Assembly (NCBI GenBank): GCA_019747815.1 | Contig: JAIEQJ010000056.1 | Coordinates: 17,797 to 81,796 of the forward strand | DNA: 64,000 nucleotides | Direction of reading: 5' to 3' | DNA from: Hyphomonadaceae bacterium | GTDB taxonomy: Bacteria; Pseudomonadota; Alphaproteobacteria; Rhizobiales; Hyphomicrobiaceae | Shown here: in pieces, positions 10,259 to 19,453 of the stretch | How positions within the stretch are numbered: position 1 is the first letter of the stretch | Layout: every line of letters begins with the position of its first letter | Notes under the pieces: generated by a model | Databases searched by the model: none | Told to the model about the DNA's origin: nothing | The model's input: the letters and a program-made list of their open reading frames with translations, nothing else | Translations under genes and position numbers: made by a program

Positions 10259-10735
10259 TCAACTCTGATGTGTGGCGAGCGCCTGGATGGACAGCTTGTT
10301 CAATTGCAGCGAGAACCATGTGAAGATGACGACGTCGATCAGGGTTGCGAGCGTCGCTTGGGCCATGACGATGACCTGGAAGACCGACAGTGGGTTGTCT
10401 CCGCGCAACCAGTCGATCACGGCGTAGCCGACCACGAACAGCGGCAGCAACGAAACCAGGATCTCGACCAGCGAATGCATGACGCCGCTGCGCGGCTGCG
10501 CAAGCACAGCGCGAGCCTGCAGCGCCACATAGATCAAGGCGATCACGCCGACCCATGAGACGTGTCGCATGGCTTCATCGACCGTCTGGACGTTGGGGGT
10601 GTGCCCCCACCACAGCACCCACCACAAGAGCCCGGCGAACACCAAGGGAGCGCCGTGGCGCGCCATGAACCTCAATACGCTCCACCCAACGTTCTGCAGT
10701 GGAGACCCTTTCGTCGCATGATGTGTCGTGGCCAT
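10259..10735 (-). CDS. hypothetical 4-TM membrane protein (158 aa)
   Basis: Strong SD (AGGAGG, 6 nt before the ATG). Lies 11 nt downstream of methyltransferase copy 2. Hydrophobic profile, no family recognised. Confidence 0.6.
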   Translation of the reverse strand: MATTHHATKGSPLQNVGWSVLRFMARHGAPLVFAGLLWWVLWWGHTPNVQTVDEAMRHVSWVGVIALIYVALQARAVLAQPRSGVMHSLVEILVSLLPLFVVGYAVIDWLRGDNPLSVFQVIVMAQATLATLIDVVIFTWFSLQLNKLSIQALATHQS

Positions 10736-10746
10736 TTGTCACCCTC

Positions 10747-11403
10747 CTATGCCTTGGAAGCGTCGGCACGTTTCAGCACGTGTGGGAAAAACGCCGGCAC
10801 CCGCGCTGCGTACTGACGATAGGCATCGCCGAATGCGGCGATGGCTTCGCGCTCCTCCGTGCGCGCTAACCGCACGTACATCCACAGCAAAACAGGGAAC
10901 ATGGCGAGGGTGAGCACCGTCGGCCACTGCAGCAGGAAGCCGAACATGACCAAGACAAAGCCGACGTATTGCGGGTGGCGGACGCGAGCGTAAGGCCCGG
11001 TGGTGGCGAGTTTGTTCCTCTGCTGCGCGGCGTAGAGGACGCGCCAGGCAGCGGAGATCAGCACGAAGCCGGCGACGATGAGGATATTGCTCAGGATGTG
11101 GAATGGGCCGAAATGCGGGTTCGCCTTCCACCCAAACATCATTTCCAGCAGGTGGCCGGCGTCATGGGAGAGCCAGTCGACGTTGGGAAAGCGGCTCTGC
11201 AGCCAGCCGGAGAGGAAGTAGATGGTCAGCGGGAAGCCGTACATCTCCGTGAACAGCGCCACGAGGAAGGCGCTGAACGCCCCGAACGACCGCCAGTCGC
11301 GGGCCGTCTGCGGCTTGAAGAAGGTGAAGGCGAACATGATGAAGATGACGGAGTTGATGAGCACCAACCCCCACAGGCCGTAAGCCGGCGCTTGCTCGCT
11401 CAT
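10747..11403 (-). CDS. ICMT/PEMT-family membrane methyltransferase, copy 2 (218 aa)
   Basis: Start at ATG 11403 (MSEQAPAYGLW), in an ATGA overlap with DUF2933 copy 2. GPYARVRHPQYVGFVLVMFG signature. Collinear with copy 1 along the whole length. Confidence 0.8.
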   Translation of the reverse strand: MSEQAPAYGLWGLVLINSVIFIMFAFTFFKPQTARDWRSFGAFSAFLVALFTEMYGFPLTIYFLSGWLQSRFPNVDWLSHDAGHLLEMMFGWKANPHFGPFHILSNILIVAGFVLISAAWRVLYAAQQRNKLATTGPYARVRHPQYVGFVLVMFGFLLQWPTVLTLAMFPVLLWMYVRLARTEEREAIAAFGDAYRQYAARVPAFFPHVLKRADASKA

Positions 11404-11672
11404 GACGGGTCTCCTTTGCCATCGCGTTCGGATCGTCCATTGCCGCCGTGCGAGCCGTGGCCGCCGTGCATGAAGAAATGCAACAGCGGACAAGCCAGCA
11501 GAAAGAGGTACGGCAACACGCCGAGGAAGTGCGCGCGGTGCTCGCTGAAGAGCAGCGTCACGGCGATAGCGAGGAAGCCTAGGCAAATGAGAAACGTCCG
11601 CGAGGTCCAGAAGCTACCCTCGGACGTTGCCGGCTGGCGATGGTGCTTATGCTGCGAGTGATCGTGTGTCAT
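11400..11672 (-). CDS. DUF2933-like small membrane protein, copy 2 (90 aa)
   Basis: His-rich N-terminus (MTHDHSQHKHH), then EHRAHFLGVLPYLFLLACPLLHFFMHGGHGSHGG. Confidence 0.75.
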   Translation of the reverse strand: MTHDHSQHKHHRQPATSEGSFWTSRTFLICLGFLAIAVTLLFSEHRAHFLGVLPYLFLLACPLLHFFMHGGHGSHGGNGRSERDGKGDPS

Positions 11673-11683
11673 GTCACATTGCC

Positions 11684-12061
11684 CTATTCAACGATGAGAC
11701 GGCCGCGAAACATACCCATGGGGCAAGCGAAGCCGTACTCGCCGGGTTGCTTCGGCAGCAGCTCGACGGCCACCGTCTCTCCGGTCGGCAGGTCGGCACT
11801 TTTTTGGAAATCGGCGAACACCACTTTGTCCGAGCAAGAGGCCGTTTCCTCACGCCGGAAGTTGAGGCGCACCGGCTTGCCGGCCTGCACGATGATGGTG
11901 TCGGGCGTGTAGCCGCCTTTGACCAGGATCATCGCCTCCTGGTAGCCGCCCGAGGTCTCGCTCGCCTGCACGCCCCGCGAGCGCTTCAGCCAGAAAAACC
12001 ACACGATGAGACCAATCAGCGCGAAGCCGCCAACAAGGACGATCCAGCGATCGGGTGTCAT
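11684..12061 (-). CDS. membrane-anchored cupredoxin-like protein (125 aa)
   Basis: N-terminal TM helix and a C-terminal [17 protein letters not shown] motif (cupredoxin_1-like). Its ATG overlaps the copA stop (ATGA). Confidence 0.75.
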   Translation of the reverse strand: MTPDRWIVLVGGFALIGLIVWFFWLKRSRGVQASETSGGYQEAMILVKGGYTPDTIIVQAGKPVRLNFRREETASCSDKVVFADFQKSADLPTGETVAVELLPKQPGEYGFACPMGMFRGRLIVE

Positions 12062-14601
12062 GGTGCGAACCTCCGCGGCTGGAAGAACCTAAGCCGGTTG
12101 GCGTTGGTCACAACGGTGACGGAGCTGAAAGCCATGGCCGCCGCAGCAATCAGCGGCGAGAGCAGCAGCCCGATGATGGGGTAGAGGACCCCCATGGCGA
12201 CGGGAATACCGGCAACGTTGTAGCCGAAGGCCCCAACCAGGTTCTGGCGCACGTTGCGCATGGTCGCGCGGCTGATCTCGATCGCCGTCACCACGCCCAT
12301 GAGGCTGCCCTTGATGAGCGTGACATCGCTGGCTTCGATGGCGACATCCGTTCCGGTGCCGATCGCGAACCCGACATCGGCTTGCGCCAGGGCCGGTGCA
12401 TCGTTAATGCCATCGCCGACCATGCCGACCGTCTTGCCTTCGAGCTGAAGCTTCTGCACCTCGTGCGCCTTGTCATCGGGGAGCACTTCTGCGAGCACGC
12501 GTTCGATGCCAACCTGGCGGGCGATGGCCATGGCGGTGCGCTTGTTGTCACCGGTCAACATCACCACCTCGAGGCCCATGCCCTTGAGGATCGCGACGGC
12601 GTTCTTCGAGTCGGGCTTTACCGTGTCCGCGACGGCGACGAGCCCAGCCGGCTTGCCGTCCACCGCGACATACATCGGTGTCTTGCCTTCAGAGGCCAAG
12701 CGCTCCCAATCCCTCTCGAGAGCGACAATTGTGACGCCCCGGTCGCGCATGAGCTTGGCATTGCCAAGGAGCACGGCCAGCCCGTCGACCTCGCCACTCA
12801 CGCCGTGTCCTGGGATCGCCGCGAACCCCTTGGTGTCCACCAGGGACAGACCTTTGGCCTCCGCACCTTTGACGATGGCCTCGCCGAGAGGATGCTCCGA
12901 ACCGCGCTCGAGCGATGCCGCGAGCCTTAGGACCTCACCTTCCGCAGATCCTTTGGCGACCACGACATCCGTCAAGGCCGGCTCCCCACGCGTGATGGTG
13001 CCCGTCTTGTCCAAAATCAAGGCCTGCAGCTTTTCCGCACTCTGCAAGGCGTCGCCGGAGCGAATGAGGATGCCGTTTTCTGCCCCCTTGCCGATACCGA
13101 CGGTGAGCGACGTCGGGGTGGCAAGTCCGAGCGCGCACGGGCAGGCGATGATGAGCGTCGTCACCAGCACGATGGTGGCGTAGACGAAGCGCGGCTCGGG
13201 TCCAAACAGGTACCAGGCCATGAACGCGAGCACGCTCAGGATCATGACCGAGGGCACGAAATAGCCTGAAACCATGTCAACGACGCGTTGGATCGGCGCC
13301 TTCGAACCCTGTGCGTCCTTGACCATCCGGATGATGTTGGCGAGTGCCGTATCCTTGCCCACTTTGGTGGCGCGGAACTTGAAGCTTCCCGTCTTGTTCA
13401 GCGTTGCGCCGATCACTTCGTCGCCCACCTGCTTGTCCACGGGCATCGACTCGCCCGTGATCATCGATTCATCGATCGCGCTCCCGCCATCGATGACGGC
13501 GCCGTCGACCGCGATCTTGTCGCCGGGGCGAACGACAAGCACCTCGCCGACCAGAACCTCCTCGACAGGGATATCGACCTCCTTGCCGTCTCTGAGCACG
13601 CGTGCCGTTTTGGCCTGAAGACCGATCAGCTTCTTAATGGCCTCGGACGTGCGACCCTTGGCTTTGATCTCCAAAGCGAGACCGAGGACCACAAGCGCGA
13701 CGACCACATCGGTGACGTCCCAAAATACCTCGGCCAGCGAGGCTTTTGGAAAGAGGCCGGGTGCAGCAACAGCAACAACCGAATAGAGGAACGCCGCGCT
13801 GATGCCGATGGCGATCAGCGTGTGCATGTTGGCCGAGCGGTGTTTGAGCCCCTCCCAAAGCCCCACGAAGAACTGCGAACCCGACCAAATCAGCACGGGC
13901 AGGCTAGCGATACCCAGCAGCGCCCAGACCAGCCGCCGCGTCTCGCTGCCCATGGGCATCCAATCCCTGAGTCCGGGTATGTAGTCGGGGTAGCTCAGCG
14001 CCATCACAGGCAGGGACACCGCAGCGGCGAGCCAGAACTTGCGCATCAGCAGCCGGTACTCAACTTGGCGCGCGGCGTCTTCCGGGTCGAGGATCTCCTT
14101 GCCACCTTCGCTTGTCCTCTCCTCGGCCACGCGATAGCCAATCGATTCGATCGCCGCTCTAATCGCGCCAAAGTCAGTGCGCTCGGGCAGGTAGTCGACG
14201 TCGACGGCATTGGTCAGCGAACTTGCGCGGGCCGCCACAACGCCGGGAGTCAACTGCAACGCGAGCTCGATGCGAATGACACAGGACGAGCAATGCATAT
14301 TGCGGATGGGTACCCGCATGGTAGCGGTCCCGGCCTGAAAACCGGCGCGTCGAATCTCCTGGACGACGTCGATGACCTTGACGCGCGCCGGGTCGTAGCT
14401 GACGTGCGCGGTCGCGTCCGCCAGATTGACATGGGCGGACGTCACACCTTGGAGCCGCCCCAAGGCCCCTTCGACCTTGGCCGGGCAGTGCTCGCATGTC
14501 ATGCCGCCGATCTTGAGCCCAACATGCGCCCGACCGCCGCCGCTGCCGCTGGTTGCGTTGCCTCGCGAGCTCACAGGGGGCATCGGTGCGCTATCATTCA
14601 T
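12058..14601 (-). CDS. copA: copper-translocating P1B-type ATPase (847 aa)
   Basis: Two HMA motifs (GMTCEHC, NMHCSSC), plus CPC ([11 protein letters not shown]), DKTGT and GDGINDAP. Start at ATG 14601 with AGGAGG upstream. The track start at 14658 is an over-extension. Confidence 0.92.
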   Translation of the reverse strand: MNDSAPMPPVSSRGNATSGSGGGRAHVGLKIGGMTCEHCPAKVEGALGRLQGVTSAHVNLADATAHVSYDPARVKVIDVVQEIRRAGFQAGTATMRVPIRNMHCSSCVIRIELALQLTPGVVAARASSLTNAVDVDYLPERTDFGAIRAAIESIGYRVAEERTSEGGKEILDPEDAARQVEYRLLMRKFWLAAAVSLPVMALSYPDYIPGLRDWMPMGSETRRLVWALLGIASLPVLIWSGSQFFVGLWEGLKHRSANMHTLIAIGISAAFLYSVVAVAAPGLFPKASLAEVFWDVTDVVVALVVLGLALEIKAKGRTSEAIKKLIGLQAKTARVLRDGKEVDIPVEEVLVGEVLVVRPGDKIAVDGAVIDGGSAIDESMITGESMPVDKQVGDEVIGATLNKTGSFKFRATKVGKDTALANIIRMVKDAQGSKAPIQRVVDMVSGYFVPSVMILSVLAFMAWYLFGPEPRFVYATIVLVTTLIIACPCALGLATPTSLTVGIGKGAENGILIRSGDALQSAEKLQALILDKTGTITRGEPALTDVVVAKGSAEGEVLRLAASLERGSEHPLGEAIVKGAEAKGLSLVDTKGFAAIPGHGVSGEVDGLAVLLGNAKLMRDRGVTIVALERDWERLASEGKTPMYVAVDGKPAGLVAVADTVKPDSKNAVAILKGMGLEVVMLTGDNKRTAMAIARQVGIERVLAEVLPDDKAHEVQKLQLEGKTVGMVGDGINDAPALAQADVGFAIGTGTDVAIEASDVTLIKGSLMGVVTAIEISRATMRNVRQNLVGAFGYNVAGIPVAMGVLYPIIGLLLSPLIAAAAMAFSSVTVVTNANRLRFFQPRRFAP

Positions 14602-14740
14602 CTTCGCCTCCTGCTGATTGATGCCTGTGCTGCGCTGCCGACGCCGTGGCGAGCACACTTATCGCGACGTAGCGCTCGGGATCCGCCGCGAAGAGGCGGT
14701 GGCACGCGCCCCAACAGAAAAAATGTCCCCAGCCGTCCAT
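14594..14740 (-). CDS. 48-aa micro-ORF with the C-terminal half of a YHS/TRASH-like motif
   Basis: GGGAGG lies 5 nt before ATG 14740. Product is [25 protein letters not shown]... (compare YHS consensus YYFCSxxCxxxFxxxPxxY). Its stop overlaps copA codons 2-3. Confidence 0.45.
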   Translation of the reverse strand: MDGWGHFFCWGACHRLFAADPERYVAISVLATASAAQHRHQSAGGEDE

Positions 14741-14760
14741 TCGCGCCTCCCTGTGTGGGC

Positions 14761-15072
14761 CTATGTGAGGCCCAGCGACTTCCAGATGACGATTGCGGCG
14801 ACGATTCCAATGGCCGCCCAACAGGCCCAATAGAGCGCTCGCTCCCATAGCGCCGGGGGCCCTCCACTCAGCACTTCGACGCGCTGCTTCTGCACCATGG
14901 CCCAGGCCACGGTGAAGCAACCGACGAGGAGGATGGGGACCGCCACCGTACTCAGAGCTGATGCGGCCAACGCACCCATGCCGATGCCAAGGACCAGAAC
15001 CGCGATCAACGCGAGGAACTCCGCGCGCCTCAGCCACGCATTCTGCACGTCGCTCAGCACTCGTTCGGACAT
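14761..15072 (-). CDS. hypothetical 3-TM membrane protein (103 aa)
   Basis: ATG at 15072 (MSERVLSDV), 13 nt downstream of the fabI stop, with a GAGAGG SD. No family recognised. Confidence 0.5.
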   Translation of the reverse strand: MSERVLSDVQNAWLRRAEFLALIAVLVLGIGMGALAASALSTVAVPILLVGCFTVAWAMVQKQRVEVLSGGPPALWERALYWACWAAIGIVAAIVIWKSLGLT

Positions 15073-15085
15073 TGCGTGTGCCTCT

Positions 15086-15868
15086 CTAGTGAAGGACCAT
15101 GCCTTCGATATGGAATCCGGCGTCGACGTGGATGACGTCACCGGTGATCGCCGGCGCGTAGTCGCTCGCCAGCACCAGCGCCGTGCGGCCGACCTCGCAC
15201 GCCTCCACCGTGCGTCTCAGCGGCGCCTTGCGCCGCGTCTCGTTGAGCAGTTCGTCAAAGTGCTCGATCCCGGAAGCGGCACGGGTCGCAACTGCACCTG
15301 CGGAGATGGCGTTGACCCGAATACCCTTGGGCCCAAGCTCATGGGCGAGATAACGCACCGACGCCTCGAGCGCCGCCTTCACGGGCCCCATGACGTTGTA
15401 ATGGTCGACGACCTTCTCGGCGCCGAAATAGCTGAGCGTCGTCAGGCTTCCACCCTTGTCCATCAACGGCTCGGCGAGCTTCGCCATGCGGATCAACGAG
15501 TGGCAGGAAACCAGCATCGATTCGGCGAAGCCTTCCGCCGAGCAGTCGGTCAGCCGGCCGTGCAGGTCCTCCTTGCGCGCCCAGGCAATCGAGTGGAACA
15601 CGAAGTCGAGGCGACCCCACGCTGCGGCGACTGCGGCAAAGACGTTGTCGAGCTCGCCGGCTCTCGACACATCGCACGGCAGCAGCAATTTGACTCCCAC
15701 GCGCTGGGCGAGCGGCGCGACATATGACTTCGCTTTGTCGTTCAGGAATGTCAGAGCAAGCTCGGCTCCTGCATTGTGGAAGTGCTTAGCCGCCGACCAG
15801 GCGAGGCTCTGTTCGTTGGCGATGCCGACAATGAGTCCTTTGCGCCCTTTGAGATCAATGACTTCCAT
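15086..15868 (-). CDS. fabI: enoyl-[acyl-carrier-protein] reductase (NADH), 260 aa
   Basis: Start at ATG 15868 (MEVIDLKGRKGLIVGIANEQSLAW). SDR/FabI pattern with YNVMGPVKAALE. The track ORF to 16357 is an over-extension. Confidence 0.9.
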   Translation of the reverse strand: MEVIDLKGRKGLIVGIANEQSLAWSAAKHFHNAGAELALTFLNDKAKSYVAPLAQRVGVKLLLPCDVSRAGELDNVFAAVAAAWGRLDFVFHSIAWARKEDLHGRLTDCSAEGFAESMLVSCHSLIRMAKLAEPLMDKGGSLTTLSYFGAEKVVDHYNVMGPVKAALEASVRYLAHELGPKGIRVNAISAGAVATRAASGIEHFDELLNETRRKAPLRRTVEACEVGRTALVLASDYAPAITGDVIHVDAGFHIEGMVLH

Positions 15869-16062
15869 AGACACCGTCCTTTCCGAGTCTTCGTGCCCCA
15901 ATCTCAAGCAGCCAGCACATAGATGCCAGGCGCCCCCGCACAGCGCTGCACATCCCTCGGTCGGCGCGCCGATCGATGGCGGCACGAGCCGCTTGCGTCT
16001 GCCGTGCCTTGCGAGCCGACCCTGCAGGGCTACCAAGACCCGTCGTGATGCACGGCGCTCGA

Positions 16063-16338
16063 TTACATGGGATTCGGATCGTCGTAGCTCTCGGTCTCGG
16101 GATGGGTGGCGGTCTGGTGGCGCCGGTTGGGTCGTCCCGGCGGATTCGTCGCTTCGCCGGCGAGCCCGAGCTGTTTGTCCGGCGAGAACGCCGGCTGTTG
16201 GGCCCAATCCGCCCAGGCGACGCCCAGGGCCGCAGGCGGCACGCCGGCCGTCAGGCGTGCCAGGCCTGCATGCAGCGGTCGGTCGGTCGGTCGACAACGC
16301 CTGTCCCGGCATGGCCCGAACAGTCTTTGCGTGCGCAT
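16063..16338 (-). CDS. possible small protein with a PhaC N-terminal (PHBC_N-like) motif (91 aa)
   Basis: LHAGLARLTAGVPPAALGVAWADWAQQPAFSPDKQLGLAGEA resembles the conserved N-terminal box of class I PHA synthases. ATG at 16338, 23 nt after the pta stop. Confidence 0.45.
   Translation of the reverse strand: MRTQRLFGPCRDRRCRPTDRPLHAGLARLTAGVPPAALGVAWADWAQQPAFSPDKQLGLAGEATNPPGRPNRRHQTATHPETESYDDPNPM
16277..16292. repeat. (GGTC)4 tetranucleotide repeat
   Basis: ggtcggtcggtcggtc, inside the PHBC_N-like ORF (encodes RPTDRP). Confidence 0.9.
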
Positions 16339-16361
16339 TTGGCGAGATTTTCCGCATGGCC

Positions 16362-17369
16362 TCACCCCGACAACGGACAGCAGGCCGCCTCGGGCTGCGG
16401 GGCGCACTGCAAGCTCGGTTCGCGTGCGCGTTCCTTGTGATGCACCGCCGTCGGAGTTTGTGCGTGCATCAAAACCGCGAGGGCAAGCGCGGCGAGCCGC
16501 GCATCCTCGGGATCGGAACGCGAGGTCAGCACCAGAGGCACCGAGAGACCCAAGACGATCCCGGCCACGGTCGCACCGGAGAGATATTCGAGGTTCTTGG
16601 CCAGGATGTTGCCGGACACGAGATCAGGGACGAGCAGGATGTCCGAATGCCCGGCCACCGCTGAGCCGATGCCTTTCTCCTTCGCCGCGCGCACGGAGAT
16701 GGCGTTGTCAAACGCCAGCGGGCCGTCGACCACCGCACCCGATATTTGGCCCCGTTGTGCCATCACTGCAAGACACGCGGCGTCAACCGTCGATGCAATC
16801 GCAAGGTTGACGGTCTCAACCGCGGAAAGAACGGCAGCGCGTGGCCTCTCCACCCCTATGAGATGGCTGAGCCCGATTGCGTTCTGCAGGATCTGCGCCT
16901 TGGCATTCAGATCAGGCGCAATGTTGATCGCGGCGTCGGTGACGACGAGGAGGCTCGGATAAGAAGGAATTTCGCACACGAAAGCGTGGCTCACACGGCG
17001 GCCCGGCAAGCGTAAACCATGGTCGCTATCGAGCAGGGCCCGCATCAAGGTGTCGGTATGGATTTGCCCTTTCATGAGCGCGTCGACCTTACCGTTACGC
17101 GCAAGCCCAACAGCCTCGTTCGCCGCTGCCGCGTCGCTCTTTGCGTCGATGATCTCCAGCGCGCCGGCCTCCAAGCCCGCCATGGCAGCAGTCTCGCGGA
17201 TGGCTTTCGCGTCACCGATCAGCGTCGGCGTGATGAGCCCCAACGCCGTGGCCTTATGCACCGTCTCAAGTACCACCCTCTGCGCGGCGCAAACGACGGC
17301 AACGCGAAGTGCGGGCAGCTCCTGTGCCCGATCGATCAGTGTCTGCAGCTTGCGTGGCGCGTGTGCCAT
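16362..17369 (-). CDS. pta: phosphate acetyl/butyryl-transferase (PTA_PTB family, 335 aa)
   Basis: Typical PTA_PTB pattern (DALMKGQIHTD...VTDAAINIAPD...GPLAFDNAIS...ILLVPDLVSGNILAKNL). Lies 4 nt downstream of ackA. Confidence 0.85.
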   Translation of the reverse strand: MAHAPRKLQTLIDRAQELPALRVAVVCAAQRVVLETVHKATALGLITPTLIGDAKAIRETAAMAGLEAGALEIIDAKSDAAAANEAVGLARNGKVDALMKGQIHTDTLMRALLDSDHGLRLPGRRVSHAFVCEIPSYPSLLVVTDAAINIAPDLNAKAQILQNAIGLSHLIGVERPRAAVLSAVETVNLAIASTVDAACLAVMAQRGQISGAVVDGPLAFDNAISVRAAKEKGIGSAVAGHSDILLVPDLVSGNILAKNLEYLSGATVAGIVLGLSVPLVLTSRSDPEDARLAALALAVLMHAQTPTAVHHKERAREPSLQCAPQPEAACCPLSG

Positions 17370-17373
17370 CGGT

Positions 17374-18585
17374 TCATGCCCCTGAGTGCGCCATGGTCGC
17401 AGCTGTCAGGCGCCGCACATGGCGCGCGATCATCAGCTCTTCATCCGTACTGACGATCTCAACGGTGACGGCGGCTTTGGGCTCAGACACGATTCGCCGG
17501 CCAGCGTTATTCGCGTCGCTGTCGAGAACGACGCCGAGGTAACGGAGGTTTGCGCAAATGCGCGCCCGGACTTCAGGAGCATTGGCGCCGATGCCGCCGG
17601 TGAAGACCACCCGATCGAGACCGCCCAACACGGCTGTCAACGCGGCCAGGTGATGACGCACGCGATAGCAAAAGAGGTCGACGGCCTCGCGCGCGGCTGC
17701 CTCGTCCTGATGGGCCAGCAGCTCACGCATGTCGCTCGTTAGCCCGGAGATACCGAGAAGTCCTGAGCGCTGGTAGAGAAGTGTCTCGACCTCATTGGCC
17801 GAAAGACCGATTTGCTTGAGAAGGTAAAGCACCACGCCCGGATCGATGTCTCCGCAACGCGTTCCCATCATCAAGCCGGCGACAGTGCTGAACCCCATTG
17901 TCGTCTCTACGCTGCGGCCCTGATGCAGCGCGCACATCGACGCGCCGTTGCCGAGATGAGCAACGATGACGCGCTCGACCTCGATATCGACGCCGTCGCG
18001 GCGCAGGTGGTCCACCACATATTCGTAGGAGAGCCCATGAAACCCGTAACGCCGGATACCGGTCTCCCACAGCTCACGCGACAGCGGGACGAGCTGCGCG
18101 AGGCGCGGCAGCCCGTGATGAAAGGAGGTATCGAAACTGGCGATCTGCGGCAGATCCGGTCGCGCCTGTCGCACGGCGGCGATGCCGGCCAGATTGTGTG
18201 GCAGATGCAGTGGGGCCAGCGGTATCAGCCTCGTCAATCGCTCTTCCAGAGCTTCCGTCACTGGGAGCGGGCAGTCGCAGTCTTCGCCACCGTGCACAAC
18301 CCGATGGCCCACGGCACAAAGGCGCGGAGCCTTGAGCCGTTCTTCAAGCGCTGCCAGCACGCGCGCCAGCGCCGTCGTGTGATCAGCGATCGCCTCGGTC
18401 GCGTCGAGCACTGTTGACCTAGCCTTGTCCTCGACGTGAAAGCGGCTCTGACCCATACCGATGCGCTCCACCGCACCCGAGTAGAGGCGCGGCAACGTCG
18501 GATCGCTCGCGAAGATCGCGAACTTGAGGCTCGAAGAGCCGCAATTGATCACGAGAATGACCGTGTCGGGCGACATCAGCGACAT
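17374..18585 (-). CDS. ackA: acetate kinase
   Basis: N-terminal VINCGSSSLKFAIF and FHGLSYEYV, with acetate/propionate kinase architecture. 403 aa. Confidence 0.92.
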   Translation of the reverse strand: MSLMSPDTVILVINCGSSSLKFAIFASDPTLPRLYSGAVERIGMGQSRFHVEDKARSTVLDATEAIADHTTALARVLAALEERLKAPRLCAVGHRVVHGGEDCDCPLPVTEALEERLTRLIPLAPLHLPHNLAGIAAVRQARPDLPQIASFDTSFHHGLPRLAQLVPLSRELWETGIRRYGFHGLSYEYVVDHLRRDGVDIEVERVIVAHLGNGASMCALHQGRSVETTMGFSTVAGLMMGTRCGDIDPGVVLYLLKQIGLSANEVETLLYQRSGLLGISGLTSDMRELLAHQDEAAAREAVDLFCYRVRHHLAALTAVLGGLDRVVFTGGIGANAPEVRARICANLRYLGVVLDSDANNAGRRIVSEPKAAVTVEIVSTDEELMIARHVRRLTAATMAHSGA

Positions 18586-18672
18586 CAGACTCTTGTCCGG
18601 TTTTCGTCAGCTTGAAGCGTCGGAGGGCGCGGCAGGGCTGGATGCCCGGCCACCCTGCCCTGCGCAGCGGCG

Positions 18673-19182
18673 CTACATCATGCAGCCCACGCCGGTCAGC
18701 AGCTGATCGGCCTTCTTCTTCTGATCTTCGCTCAGAGCGCTATAGAGGGTGCCGAGTGCCGGCTTAACCTCCTTCAGCGCCGCTACGCGGCCCTCCATGG
18801 CCGCGATATGGCTGTCGAGTCGCTCCACCGGCGACTTGGCTTCCATCGCCTTCATCATGGCCTGCCGCATGCCCTGCATGCCCTGCAGGTTCTTCGCCAG
18901 CGCCGCCGCATACGCCTCCCAAACCGCCTTCTGAGCATCACTGACGCCAAGCTCGGCCTTGAGGAAGGCGATGCGGCCCTCGGCATGGGTTGCCATGTCG
19001 CCGCCCAATACCCCGCATTCGGCCATCATGCGCATCATGCCGCCATCCATCATCTCCATTCCTGGCATTCGCCCTCGCATTTCACCCGGCATCCGGCCTT
19101 GCGCGGAGGCACCTGTCGCCGAACTCATCACCAGCCCAGCAAATGCGGCCGCGCTGCATAGGTTCTTGAGTCTGTTCATCAT
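18673..19182 (-). CDS. periplasmic Spy/CpxP (LTXXQ) family protein with a Met-rich segment (169 aa)
   Basis: ATG at 19182 (MMNRLKNL). Signal peptide, then a Met-rich run GRMPGEMRGRMPGMEMMDGGMMRMM, then LTXXQ-like repeats (VSDAQKAVW, LSEDQKKKADQLL). Confidence 0.75.
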   Translation of the reverse strand: MMNRLKNLCSAAAFAGLVMSSATGASAQGRMPGEMRGRMPGMEMMDGGMMRMMAECGVLGGDMATHAEGRIAFLKAELGVSDAQKAVWEAYAAALAKNLQGMQGMRQAMMKAMEAKSPVERLDSHIAAMEGRVAALKEVKPALGTLYSALSEDQKKKADQLLTGVGCMM

Positions 19183-19201
19183 GGCTTTTCTCCGTCTTAC
19201 T

Positions 19202-19408
19202 CTATTTGTGCGCCTTGCGTCCGCCGCAGCATCCGGAGCTGTGCTCCGGGTCACGGGCGTGGCCGTGTGCAGCATCCTCCGGCTTCCGCGTGGCGGCAGC
19301 TGGCTTTCCTGCTTTCTCCGTGCTGTGCTTGCCCTGCCCACCGCAGCCGCAGCCCTTGGACCCCGAATGCTCGGTCGTGTCGGTCTCAGGCGTATTGATC
19401 TTCGACAT
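19202..19408 (-). CDS. 68-aa Cys/His/Gly-rich small protein
   Basis: AAGGAG SD upstream of the ATG. Product contains GCGCGG and GCCGG motifs plus several His residues. No TM helix or signal peptide. Confidence 0.6.
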   Translation of the reverse strand: MSKINTPETDTTEHSGSKGCGCGGQGKHSTEKAGKPAAATRKPEDAAHGHARDPEHSSGCCGGRKAHK

Positions 19409-19453
19409 GTTCAGTCTCCTTTGGGTTGTCGTCGTCCGGAATAAATGTGTCGA

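Noticed and set aside
13288-14850. Long plus-strand ORF (520 aa) opposite copA. Similar long antisense or off-frame ORFs occur at 33386-34345, 38310-39494, 39485-40558, 42564-43697, 51326-52357 and 56282-57244.
   Set aside because: They lie entirely inside confidently identified genes on the other strand or frame. Their translations are Arg/Ala/Pro/Gly-rich with no motifs. These are typical shadow ORFs of GC-rich DNA.
15869-16357. N-terminal extensions suggested by the ORF track. Examples: fabI to 16357, narG from 35592, narI from 41618, Pat from 52153, MCO to 27262, thiolase frame 5904-6854, DUF305 to 5440.
   Set aside because: Homology-like sequence begins at internal ATG or GTG codons that have SD sequences and tight or overlapping junctions with neighbours. 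The upstream parts are low-complexity Arg/Pro-rich and overlap adjacent genes.
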